A stretch of 43,090 nt of DNA from a virus (taxonomy: Duplodnaviria > Caudoviricetes): the IMG/VR virus record IMGVR_UViG_3300020045_000650, positions 1 through 43,090 of that record. One strand, 5' to 3'. The translations under genes were made by a program, and so were the position numbers. The notes below the pieces were generated by a model. The model was not told the origin of the DNA. It was given only the letters and a program-made list of their open reading frames with translations, and did no database searches. Shown in pieces: positions 1-7,818 of the stretch; position 1 is the stretch's first letter; every line of letters starts with the position of its first letter.

Positions 1-121
1 AGTGGAGCTAGTGAAAGGCCGCTGTCGCCTGAAACTTTCGAGCAGAACTTCGAGGCACTGAGCCTCTGGGATACTAAGCTTGATGGTCACTTCGTTTGCC
101 ATGAGCCCTCCTGAGATTCAA
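1..121. repeat. Terminal direct repeat, left copy (identical to 42970-43090)
   Basis: agtggagctagtgaaagg...cctgagattcaa is present at both ends. It cuts through an ORF, so it is most likely an assembly circularisation overlap. Confidence 0.95.
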
Positions 122-150
122 ATTCTAGGGTTGCCAAGTCCGACCGTCAA
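122..150 (-). promoter_or_regulatory. Sigma70-like promoter for the leftward replication/recombination arm
   Basis: Minus strand TTGACG-17 nt-TAGAAT, upstream of an AGGAGG RBS and the ATG at 102 (=43071). Confidence 0.7.
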
Positions 151-159
151 GAGTATATT
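131..159 (+). promoter_or_regulatory. Sigma70-like promoter for the HTH/primase operon, overlapping the leftward promoter
   Basis: TTGCCA-17 nt-TATATT. Confidence 0.6.
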
Positions 160-209
160 TGCCTTCACGGTAGAAAAATTTTCCGAAAGCAATTTGAAAG
201 GACTCGGGG

Positions 210-419
210 ATGATTATCACAGAATTGAGAGATAGAACCGTTGATATGCTTAGACATAGGCCCGCAACCTTGACCTATGAGCAGATTGAGAAGGATACTA
301 GTCTCCCTGTTGGCTGGCTCAAGGCTTTGGCGCGCGGTGCTGTAGAAGATCCAGGGGTGAATCGAGTTGAGACGTTGAATGTCTATTTGGCAAACGTTTT
401 CAATTCTATTAGGCGGTGA
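210..419 (+). CDS. Small HTH DNA-binding protein
   Basis: 69 aa with an XRE/Cro-like pattern (TYEQIEKDTSLPVGWLKALARG...DPGVNRVETL), immediately upstream of primase. Confidence 0.7.
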   Translation: MIITELRDRTVDMLRHRPATLTYEQIEKDTSLPVGWLKALARGAVEDPGVNRVETLNVYLANVFNSIRR

Positions 420-423
420 TCTG

Positions 424-2658
424 ATGTTTTCAAACATTCCCGAAGAACTAAGGCAGTTCAATAGCTGGATTGTTTGGCGTTATGAAGCTGGCGACCCAAA
501 ACCAAGAAAGGTTCCTTACAATCCTAAGAACGGTTACAACGCAAGCGTTACCGATCCTTCGCATTGGACAGACTTTGACACGGCTGTATCTGCTTTCAAA
601 AGTGGCATGTATTCGGGTATTGGTTTCGTCCTTAGCGAAAATGATCCTTTCACCTTCATTGATTTGGATACTCCTAGCGATCAAGAGACGCTAGAGAAGC
701 AACTGCGTATTGCGGAATGCTTTGAAAGCTACGCTGAAGTTTCGCCCAGCGGTAGCGGTTTGCATATCGTGTGCAATGGAGAAGTGCCCACAGGGAGGCG
801 CAAAGACTCTATCGAAATCTACAGCAAAGATCGCTACATGACCGTGACAGGCAATGTTTACAAGGCACAGCCTGTCAAGGAATGTCAGTCGCTTGTGGAT
901 ATGCTGTGGGCAGAACTCGAAACCTCACAGCCTATTTTCGTTTCTGGTATTGACGAAGATCAAAAATATACTGATGATCAAATCTGTCACATGGCCTACA
1001 ATGCGTCAAACGGTCAAAAGTTTTACGATCTTTACATTGGCGAATGGATCAAACACTACTCTTCACAATCAGAAGCGGATTTTGCATTAATCAATATCGT
1101 TGGTTTCTACACACAAAACAGGGATCAAGTTAAACGTATCTTTATCGCAAGCGAATTGGGAAAGCGGGATAAGGCAAAGCGCGGCTCTTACCTTGGCGGT
1201 ATGATTTCAAGGGCTTTTGATCGTATCCCGCCGAAGGTTAATCTCGACGCTTTGAAGGCCGATCTTGCCCACAGGTTAGAGCCTCAAGAGACAGTGGAGG
1301 AAGAGCCCAGGCCAGAAGCGGACAAGAGCGAGGTCTACGCCTTTCCTGATGGTTTGCTCGGTGATGTGGCAAACTTCATCTTCGAGTCCTCGCCTCATCC
1401 TAACAAGGAAATGAGCCTTGCGGGTGCTATCGGTTTCATGTCTGGTGTTTGCGGTAGAGCGTTTAATATCAATGGCGTTGGTCTTAACAACTATCTTCTA
1501 GTGTTGGCTGATTCCGGCGTTGGCAAAGAGGCCATGCGAAGCGGTATCAACAAACTGTTTGCCCAAATTGTGCTTAAACAGAACATGGCGTCCGAGACGT
1601 TCATCGGGCCTAGCTCCTACTCATCAGCCCCGGCGCTAATTAAAACGCTAATGGAACGTCCTTCCATCGTCTCGCTCATGTCAGAATTTAGCTATGACAT
1701 TGAGCGTATGAGGCCGCGCAATTCAAATCCAAACATGATTGGCTACAAGCAAGCGTTGGTGGACCTTTACACCAATAGCGGCAAGAACGCGATCATTTCT
1801 AGTCATGCCTACAGCGATAAGGATAAGACAACCAAGATTATCAAAGCTCCCTCGTTTAGTTTTCTAGGCGAGTCGGTTCCCGAACGTTACTACAAAAACG
1901 TAGATCCAGAATTCATTGACGATGGTTTCATTCCTCGTATCTTGACTTTTCACTGTAACAATGTTAGAGCAACGTTCAACAAAAATTGTAAGAATCACGA
2001 AGCTACTGACAAAATGGTAACTCGCATTTCGTCTTTAATAGCATCCTCTTGTGCTTGCAATACTGACAATAAGATTGTCGATGTAACGTTTGATGCCGAT
2101 GCAGAGCAAATGGACGCCGACTACGAAGCCTTTTTGACAACTCAAATCAATGAGGATTCGCCTAGCTGGAAAAAGGCTATTTTCAATCGATCCAAGCTGA
2201 AGATATGGAAATTGTCAGGCTTGGTGGCTGTCGGCATTAATCCTTACGTCCCGGTAATCACTACAGAAATTTACCTGTGGGCAAAAAAGATCGTTGAATT
2301 TGATAACGAAATGTTATTTTCAAAGGTAGAATCTGGTGAGATTGGCGGTAATTACGATCAGCAACAATTACACAAGGTTCGTGAAATCCTTTTCAAATAT
2401 CTAAACAATGGCTACAAGCTTCAAGAGAATCATAGATTTTTCAAAGACAGCGGTTGTATTCCTTACGCTATCATCCAGCGAAATGCTGCAAGTTTTAATT
2501 GCTTCAAGAATGATCCTCGTCGTAGTGCAAGTGCATTGGACGCAACAATCAAAACTCTGGTGTCTAATGGCGAATTGAAAGAACTTCAACCAAAAGACAC
2601 ACAAGAGAAGTTCCAATTTGGCGGAAGATCGTTTGCGATATTGACCATTGAGAAGTAA
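424..2658 (+). CDS. Primase-polymerase (NrS-1-like AEP) fused to a helicase/NTPase domain
   Basis: N-terminal IPEELRQ..W..W, GIGFVL, FIDLD, EVSPSGSGLHI, IEIYSKDRYMTVTG; SQSEADFAL helix bundle; Walker A ADSGVGKE. Start set at ATG 424 after GGTGATC. Confidence 0.85.
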   Translation: MFSNIPEELRQFNSWIVWRYEAGDPKPRKVPYNPKNGYNASVTDPSHWTDFDTAVSAFKSGMYSGIGFVLSENDPFTFIDLDTPSDQETLEKQLRIAECFESYAEVSPSGSGLHIVCNGEVPTGRRKDSIEIYSKDRYMTVTGNVYKAQPVKECQSLVDMLWAELETSQPIFVSGIDEDQKYTDDQICHMAYNASNGQKFYDLYIGEWIKHYSSQSEADFALINIVGFYTQNRDQVKRIFIASELGKRDKAKRGSYLGGMISRAFDRIPPKVNLDALKADLAHRLEPQETVEEEPRPEADKSEVYAFPDGLLGDVANFIFESSPHPNKEMSLAGAIGFMSGVCGRAFNINGVGLNNYLLVLADSGVGKEAMRSGINKLFAQIVLKQNMASETFIGPSSYSSAPALIKTLMERPSIVSLMSEFSYDIERMRPRNSNPNMIGYKQALVDLYTNSGKNAIISSHAYSDKDKTTKIIKAPSFSFLGESVPERYYKNVDPEFIDDGFIPRILTFHCNNVRATFNKNCKNHEATDKMVTRISSLIASSCACNTDNKIVDVTFDADAEQMDADYEAFLTTQINEDSPSWKKAIFNRSKLKIWKLSGLVAVGINPYVPVITTEIYLWAKKIVEFDNEMLFSKVESGEIGGNYDQQQLHKVREILFKYLNNGYKLQENHRFFKDSGCIPYAIIQRNAASFNCFKNDPRRSASALDATIKTLVSNGELKELQPKDTQEKFQFGGRSFAILTIEK

Positions 2659-2672
2659 TGCCCACAGGTAGT

Positions 2673-2706
2673 AAGCCAGGCGTATTCAATAATTGCCTGG
2701 CTTTTT
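2673..2706 (+). terminator. Rho-independent terminator after primase
   Basis: AAGCCAGGC...GCCTGGCTT stem followed by a T run. Confidence 0.75.
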
Positions 2707-2740
2707 ATTTGGATTCGGATAATTCTACTTGAAAATGATT

Positions 2741-2766
2741 AGAGCCGCTTGATTGCGGCTCTTTTT
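2741..2766 (+). terminator. Second tandem rho-independent terminator
   Basis: AGAGCCGC-ttgatt-GCGGCTCT followed by TTTT. Confidence 0.7.
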
Positions 2767-3149
2767 GATTTGAGTGATTTTGATCGGAATAGTGAAATTT
2801 TTCGCCAGAATTGAAAGTGTTCTTATCGATTGTGTAAGGATTGATTGCCGCTCAATGTTGATCGTTCGATCGATAACACTTGAGACTGATTCTCACTGTT
2901 TAAGGCCTCTTGCAGTCCTGGCCTATGCAATGGGACGGCTCGGCGCATCTGAGGGCCTGGATGTGCTAGGCCAGGGACAGAGGACAGCCCGGAGCAGGTG
3001 GACTGCATACCGTGGCCTAGCAATGACAAGTCTAAATTGGAACTAACTCTAGTCAATGCTTGTGGTTATGTTCCAAGTTGACCAAGCAAGCCGACCGAAC
3101 AAAACGCAAATGATAAAATGATTGAAGATAAAATTTTTGAAAATTTATC

Positions 3150-3178
3150 TTGACGGATGCCAGGAACGAACCGATAGT
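3150..3178 (+). promoter_or_regulatory. Sigma70-like early promoter with AT-rich UP element
   Basis: TTGACG-17 nt-GATAGT preceded by A/T tracts; RBS AGGAG before ATG 3216. Confidence 0.55.
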
Positions 3179-3215
3179 TAGGTATCCCGAGTGGGACTAA
3201 CTAACAGGAGCTAAC

Positions 3216-3455
3216 ATGCAAGCAATCAAAACTCGCTACATCGGACCTACCAATTCCAAGCCTGCCAGGATCAAAGCATCATGCGAGGCTGGTTCAATCA
3301 TCATTTCCTGGCCCCATGAATTGAATGTTGAGGATGCGCATACATTTGCAGCCATCCGGCTAATCAAAAAGCTCAATTGGTTTGATGCCGATTTAATTAT
3401 TCACACCGGCTCAATTGATAGTTATTTTGTTCACGTTTTGGAATACAGGAGATAG
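3216..3455 (+). CDS. Conserved phage hypothetical protein
   Basis: 79 aa, MQAIKTRYIGPTNSKPARIKA is a common phage early-protein pattern; good RBS. Confidence 0.75.
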   Translation: MQAIKTRYIGPTNSKPARIKASCEAGSIIISWPHELNVEDAHTFAAIRLIKKLNWFDADLIIHTGSIDSYFVHVLEYRR

Positions 3456-3457
3456 CC

Positions 3458-3715
3458 ATGATTAGAGTCTATCCAGGATCGCTCTATCCCGAGCAGTTGA
3501 TAAAATACAATCAACTGAAAGCATTGTATCCCAAAGCTATCATTCTGAAATGTTCAGATGAGCGAACGGGAATAAGGTTTGGTCAATCAAAGAAACGTTT
3601 GGATCAATGTGCAAAAATAGGTTCGGGAGGTAGGTCTCCAGGGTCACGCATTGCACCTTATCAACTATGGATTACATGGTCGCCGTTTGATCTTTTGCAT
3701 TGGAGTGGGAAATGA
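3458..3715 (+). CDS. Hypothetical protein
   Basis: 85 aa, AGGAG RBS, tightly packed in the operon. Confidence 0.6.
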   Translation: MIRVYPGSLYPEQLIKYNQLKALYPKAIILKCSDERTGIRFGQSKKRLDQCAKIGSGGRSPGSRIAPYQLWITWSPFDLLHWSGK

Positions 3716-3838
3716 AAATCTATTGCGGACTGTCAAAACCAATTATTGTAAAAGGTAAGAATTGCATAAGACTTGCAGAATTTGTGTTACAGCGTTGAAA
3801 CCATCGACCAATATTTTTGCGAAGAAAGGGACTAACTC

Positions 3839-3916
3839 ATGGTAGCATTTGCTTACATCACGATTGGTTCTGTCCTTGGTTTGCACCTTGTCTACTACAA
3901 ATGGAGCGGAAAATGA
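3839..3916 (+). CDS. Small membrane peptide (25 aa)
   Basis: Manual translation MVAFAYITIGSVLGLHLVYYKWSGK; ATGA overlap with the next ORF. Confidence 0.45.
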   Translation: MVAFAYITIGSVLGLHLVYYKWSGK

Positions 3917-3978
3917 AAATCCTCGGCGTCCTTCTACTTTCCGCCATGCCTATCATTTGCCTCGCGGCTTTCATCTAA
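3913..3978 (+). CDS. Small hydrophobic peptide (21 aa)
   Basis: Manual translation MKILGVLLLSAMPIICLAAFI; translationally coupled. Confidence 0.4.
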   Translation: MKILGVLLLSAMPIICLAAFI

Positions 3979-3990
3979 TAGGATCGATCA

Positions 3991-4173
3991 ATGGACAGCA
4001 CTCTGCCTTACACAATTGGAACATACATCAAGATGAACCCGCCTTATGATATTGAAATTGTGTATAGCACTTTTGAACAAGCATGTATTGATGCATTGCG
4101 AATGAGAAAGAGTGGCAAATACTCCAAAATAGTTATAGGCAATCCTATATCCAATTTTGAGCGTGAAGTATGA
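3991..4173 (+). CDS. Hypothetical protein
   Basis: 60 aa ORF with AGGA upstream. Confidence 0.55.
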   Translation: MDSTLPYTIGTYIKMNPPYDIEIVYSTFEQACIDALRMRKSGKYSKIVIGNPISNFEREV

Positions 4174-4242
4174 TCTTCTATATTATTTCACTTATCATCG
4201 TCTCAATCTATCTTGGCATTATGCCCACAGAAAGGATTCAAA

Positions 4243-4788
4243 ATGTCTAACATCAACTGGACTCGGATCAATAATGACAGCAATGGTAATTCACGTTTCG
4301 TTTGTTCGTGGCTTGCTTGTTTGCCTAGTTCCTGGCATGCTCATGATGCTATGCTCAATTCCTCATATAATCGTGTTGTGGCGCTAATAGCTCGTATCGG
4401 TGGCCGTAAGTTTCATAACCGAAATTATGCAGGTGGAATTGTTTTTACTGAATATCGAGGATGTTTGGACCAACTGGAGGCCAAGATCGAAGAATTGAAG
4501 GCATTGACGGATAAGCGCCATAATGTTTTAAAAATTAATAATTGGGTAAAAAGAAACGATGAGTTTGAATGGCTGTCTAGTTACGCTGTTATAGTAATTG
4601 ATGGTTTAGACCTTCAACATATTGAAGATAATCTTAAATTGAGAGACAAGCGTATCATGCAGCTTTTACGCAATAATGGTATTAATGTTTATGCCAGCAA
4701 ACATTATATCGAAGACGATGGCGTAAATTATGTGGTCCACCAGATTGGTTCAAATTATCCTTTGTATGCTATTCAATATGGTGAGTAA
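4243..4788 (+). CDS. Conserved phage hypothetical protein (two-domain)
   Basis: N-terminal WTRINNDSNGNSRFV...GGRKFHNRNYAGGIVF pattern recurs in phage early proteins; RBS AAGGA; start at ATG 4243. Confidence 0.7.
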   Translation: MSNINWTRINNDSNGNSRFVCSWLACLPSSWHAHDAMLNSSYNRVVALIARIGGRKFHNRNYAGGIVFTEYRGCLDQLEAKIEELKALTDKRHNVLKINNWVKRNDEFEWLSSYAVIVIDGLDLQHIEDNLKLRDKRIMQLLRNNGINVYASKHYIEDDGVNYVVHQIGSNYPLYAIQYGE

Positions 4789-4815
4789 TTAGCATTATCC
4801 AATATGGTGAGTAAT
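4774..4815 (+). repeat. 16-bp direct repeat duplicating the gene end
   Basis: CAATATGGTGAGTAAT at 4774-4789 and 4800-4815. Confidence 0.85.
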
Positions 4816-4836
4816 ATTTGATATTTGTTGAGCATT

Positions 4837-4863
4837 GGCCCTGTCTTCGGATAGGGCCTTTTT
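4837..4863 (+). terminator. Rho-independent terminator
   Basis: GGCCCTGTC-TTCG-GATAGGGCC followed by TTTTT. Confidence 0.8.
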
Positions 4864-5160
4864 CATAGAGAGAATATATGTCATTTGCGAGTATTGGGAG
4901 TATTGGGATATAATGACATCTGGGGTCACTTGTATATATTTTCACATAGAGAGAGAAAATCTATATGTTTACATACGTGTGTATAATTTTTAAAAAACAT
5001 AGATAGATTCTCTCTATTAAAAAATATACACTGGAAAAGAATTATATTATTATATCTTATATTACTATATATTGTATACTATTTGTTTACTTTCACTGCT
5101 TTAAACACTAGTCATTCATCAAGATTTTGTCTTGCTTCATAGAGAAAATCTATATAAAAT
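4861..5160. other. AT-rich non-coding region with direct and inverted repeats (candidate origin/control region)
   Basis: TTCA(CA)TAGAGA(GA)A..TAT copies near 4862, 4941 and 5136; imperfect inverted repeat at about 4931-5030; TTGCTT-17-TAAAAT promoter at 5132-5160. Confidence 0.5.
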
Positions 5161-5192
5161 GGGATTGCCTAAATTGGCATGGGAGGATGAAC

Positions 5193-5816
5193 ATGAATTG
5201 GCCTACGCCCGGAGACTCGAACGGGAAGTTCCGATGTGTTGGATGGGACTATCTCGAAAACCAAGTCGTTGTGAAGTGCCTTAGTTGTTCCAGGCATGAA
5301 TCTTTTTCGCTTGAGCAATGGTCTAGTGCCGAATGCACTTGTCGAACCATCAAAGGTGATTGGCAAGTGATCGGGGGCGATCCTAAAACCAAGCTTGAGG
5401 TCAAATGTATCTACTGTGGGCATACTCGTCCAATGTCAGGACATCAATACAGATACTTTCCTCCAGCTTGCTCATGTCAAAAGGTTAAGGGCCAAATCAA
5501 AACCAAACCTTTGATTGAGGGCAAAGCAGGCAAGAACGGAATCATAGGCAATTGGATTTATGTATCCAAGGACCGAGACGGATTCACATGGACATGCAAG
5601 GTGTGCGGTAGGGACACCCATACCCAGACTGCTGATGTGCAGGCCAAGGGTTGCATGGAGTGCTACCACGACGAAGTAGCCTGTGCCGAGCCTACAGAGA
5701 ACGATCTGGCCCTGTGGGCCGCGCAACCGGAGATTGGTGAGGCTATCCAAGCAAGTCGTCTTAAACGTAGAGAACGAGTCGCAAGTAGGCAACCGAATGT
5801 GAGCGGAACTAACTAA
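5193..5816 (+). CDS. Cys-rich protein with three tandem zinc-ribbon-like repeats
   Basis: CLSC..CTC, CIYC..CSC, CKVC..CMEC; GGAGG RBS before ATG 5193. Confidence 0.7.
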   Translation: MNWPTPGDSNGKFRCVGWDYLENQVVVKCLSCSRHESFSLEQWSSAECTCRTIKGDWQVIGGDPKTKLEVKCIYCGHTRPMSGHQYRYFPPACSCQKVKGQIKTKPLIEGKAGKNGIIGNWIYVSKDRDGFTWTCKVCGRDTHTQTADVQAKGCMECYHDEVACAEPTENDLALWAAQPEIGEAIQASRLKRRERVASRQPNVSGTN

Positions 5817-5941
5817 ACTTTCGATAATGTATATTATGTAACTCTATTCATAGCACCTATCTCCAATCATTGCACTACTTAGCACATTGTAATACATAGT
5901 ATTCATTGCATGTATTGCATACTCATATGATAGATCATGGC

Positions 5942-5964
5942 ACCCTGCTCATTAGGCAGGGTTT
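5942..5964 (+). terminator. Hairpin, probable terminator
   Basis: ACCCTGC-tcattag-GCAGGGT followed by TT. Confidence 0.5.
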
Positions 5965-6201
5965 GTTGTATATGGTATGCGATTTGCATATATACATTGA
6001 TCGATCAATCAATATCGATCGAGCTATCTGATATGATGATACGATGATATGACCCCCCCTATACACCAAATTTCTAGGAAGGAAGGTCTGGGTTATCTAT
6101 CAAATAGTATTCTGATGCTTTCAATTTTTGGACTAACTTACACAATACGAAGGACTTAAAAATGCTGGCTAGGCATTCAAAAATTTGGACTAACTAAAAG
6201 C

Positions 6202-6229
6202 TTGACAGAGTTGCTCCTGGGACTAATCT
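6202..6229 (+). promoter_or_regulatory. Sigma70-like promoter for the middle operon
   Basis: TTGACA-16 nt-TAATCT; RBS AAGGAGG before ATG 6274. Confidence 0.55.
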
Positions 6230-6273
6230 ATACAATACAGAGACGCTAACGCGCCCTACCCTAAGGAGGAAGA

Positions 6274-6471
6274 ATGAGATACCAAGTCATCGACGAATCG
6301 GCGTCGGCGCATTCAAAGCAAGAATTTGCTGTGATCGATACAAACAAACCTGAATACGATTCAGCGTATATAATGTGCAAATGCTTCTCCAAGCAACATG
6401 CAATTAAGATCGCAGTATTGCTTAACTACTTACCGTCTTTGGGCGGTTTGATGGACAGGAGCGATGTATGA
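6274..6471 (+). CDS. Hypothetical protein
   Basis: 65 aa, strong RBS; RYQVIDESASAH...FAVIDT...IMCKCF pattern seen in phage proteins. Confidence 0.7.
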   Translation: MRYQVIDESASAHSKQEFAVIDTNKPEYDSAYIMCKCFSKQHAIKIAVLLNYLPSLGGLMDRSDV

Positions 6472-6734
6472 GAATCGGAAGAGTCGCGCAAGCTAGTTTT
6501 GAATACGTCGATATTATTGGAGATGATGTTTATGAATTCAAACGCCATTCGCCTACCTACTGGGAGATTCGTTGCGGCGATTGTTGGGAGCCTTTGTTTT
6601 ATTGTGAAGATGTTGAAAAAGCATACCAAGAATGGGATGCTGAAGAACGAGCCAAAGCATTAAAATTACAAGCAAAGCTCAACACGAATCCTGCTCTATA
6701 CAACAAATCGCTAAACGCTAATTGGGAGGTATAA
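6468..6734 (+). CDS. Hypothetical protein
   Basis: 88 aa, ATGA overlap, AGGAG RBS. Confidence 0.65.
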   Translation: MRIGRVAQASFEYVDIIGDDVYEFKRHSPTYWEIRCGDCWEPLFYCEDVEKAYQEWDAEERAKALKLQAKLNTNPALYNKSLNANWEV

Positions 6735-6838
6735 TGCTCAAACACCCACTAGCATCCTGGATCATCACCACAATCATGTTTACAGCGGTTCTAACTGCGG
6801 CTTTGATTGGCATAATCGATATACTGTGGGCAAATTAA
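6734..6838 (+). CDS. Small membrane protein (34 aa)
   Basis: Manual translation MLKHPLASWIITTIMFTAVLTAALIGIIDILWAN; GGAGG RBS, TAATG overlap. Confidence 0.55.
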   Translation: MLKHPLASWIITTIMFTAVLTAALIGIIDILWAN

Positions 6839-6849
6839 GGAATAGACCA

Positions 6850-7050
6850 ATGCTCGAACGTCCTAAGCCTACTCCAGACCTTTACTTTCCATTACCGCAT
6901 ACATCTGTTACGCAAATCGAATTTGCAGCAATCTATCCTACGAACTGGCAAATTGCAAATTCAAGAACTTGGCATCTAGTCCGAATATGCTTCGCTTATG
7001 GAATGACGCAATCAAGACCGCTTCATCCTTCTCACAGTTGGTTTAACTAA
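6850..7050 (+). CDS. Hypothetical protein
   Basis: AAGGA RBS, fills the operon. Confidence 0.55.
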   Translation: MLERPKPTPDLYFPLPHTSVTQIEFAAIYPTNWQIANSRTWHLVRICFAYGMTQSRPLHPSHSWFN

Positions 7051-7062
7051 AAGGACACTACA

Positions 7063-7269
7063 ATGAGCGTAGGAATTAAAATCGGAACGGATCTTAAAAC
7101 AGTGGAAGCTGCTACTAAGACAGTAATGGCTATTTTAGAAGCCAACGCCGATCAGAAAACCAAAAGAGAAGCTTTTAGAGTGTTTGGAAATCTTTGCAGC
7201 GTTACTGGTGCTGCTGTTAGTAACTGCTGTGTAACCATGCAACCGGATAACGATAGCGATGAGGATTAA
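7063..7269 (+). CDS. Hypothetical protein
   Basis: 68 aa, AAGGA RBS. Confidence 0.65.
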   Translation: MSVGIKIGTDLKTVEAATKTVMAILEANADQKTKREAFRVFGNLCSVTGAAVSNCCVTMQPDNDSDED

Positions 7270-7270
7270 A

Positions 7271-7453
7271 ATGATTTGCTGCTCAAGTCCCAACATTCAA
7301 AGGAAGCTACGAGGCCAGACGGGTATTACCGTTGTTCTTTGGCTCGCTGCAATATTCTTTCTTCCTTTCGCTATTGCTGCTATCATTTACATGATTTGGC
7401 GTCGAGACGAAGCCCGTAAAACTCGCTGCCTCAATTGTGGAAAGGTGTTTTAG
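7271..7453 (+). CDS. Small membrane protein with flanking Cys pairs (LITAF-like zinc ribbon/TM hairpin)
   Basis: CC..., hydrophobic core, then CLNC; GAGG RBS. Confidence 0.6.
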   Translation: MICCSSPNIQRKLRGQTGITVVLWLAAIFFLPFAIAAIIYMIWRRDEARKTRCLNCGKVF

Positions 7454-7720
7454 ATGATTAGAGAAACTTCGCAAATCAACAAAGAGATTCAGGATCTACC
7501 TGTGGGCATTAGCAGAATCGTTTTGCGAGATGCTTACAGACAGACCCGAATCGCTTATCAGGCTCTTGTCAAACATAACGGAAAGTTCAAAACGAAGCGT
7601 TTCTATGTCTCTGGCAAGCGAAACGAAGTTGAAACTTACAAAATTGCTTTGTCTTGCCGACAAGCTTACGAAAAAGCTGAAAACATGGGTTTGTCGTTCG
7701 ATCTTGATAGGTGGTGTTAA
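7454..7720 (+). CDS. AP2-like DNA-binding domain protein
   Basis: LPVGISR...YQALVKHNGKFKTKRFYV...YKIALSCRQAYE resembles the AP2/ERF beta-beta-beta-alpha pattern. Confidence 0.5.
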   Translation: MIRETSQINKEIQDLPVGISRIVLRDAYRQTRIAYQALVKHNGKFKTKRFYVSGKRNEVETYKIALSCRQAYEKAENMGLSFDLDRWC

Positions 7721-7818
7721 TGATCGGCCTTGATTGGTTGACCGTTGGCATAATGTTTGTAGTCGGTATTTGGTTGTGTCTCGAAGTCTGGAATTGTCCA
7801 AAGGAGCCTTACTCATGA
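7720..7818 (+). CDS. Small membrane peptide (32 aa)
   Basis: Manual translation MIGLDWLTVGIMFVVGIWLCLEVWNCPKEPYS; coupled on both sides. Confidence 0.5.
   Translation: MIGLDWLTVGIMFVVGIWLCLEVWNCPKEPYS

Noticed and set aside
210-419. Lysogeny repressor or temperate switch
   Set aside because: No integrase, partition genes or CI-like peptidase domain in the genome; a small HTH beside primase is usual in virulent relatives
2774-3056. ORFs 2774-3046 (+) and 2823-3056 (-)
   Set aside because: No RBS, lie just past tandem terminators, and have atypical composition; treated as non-coding
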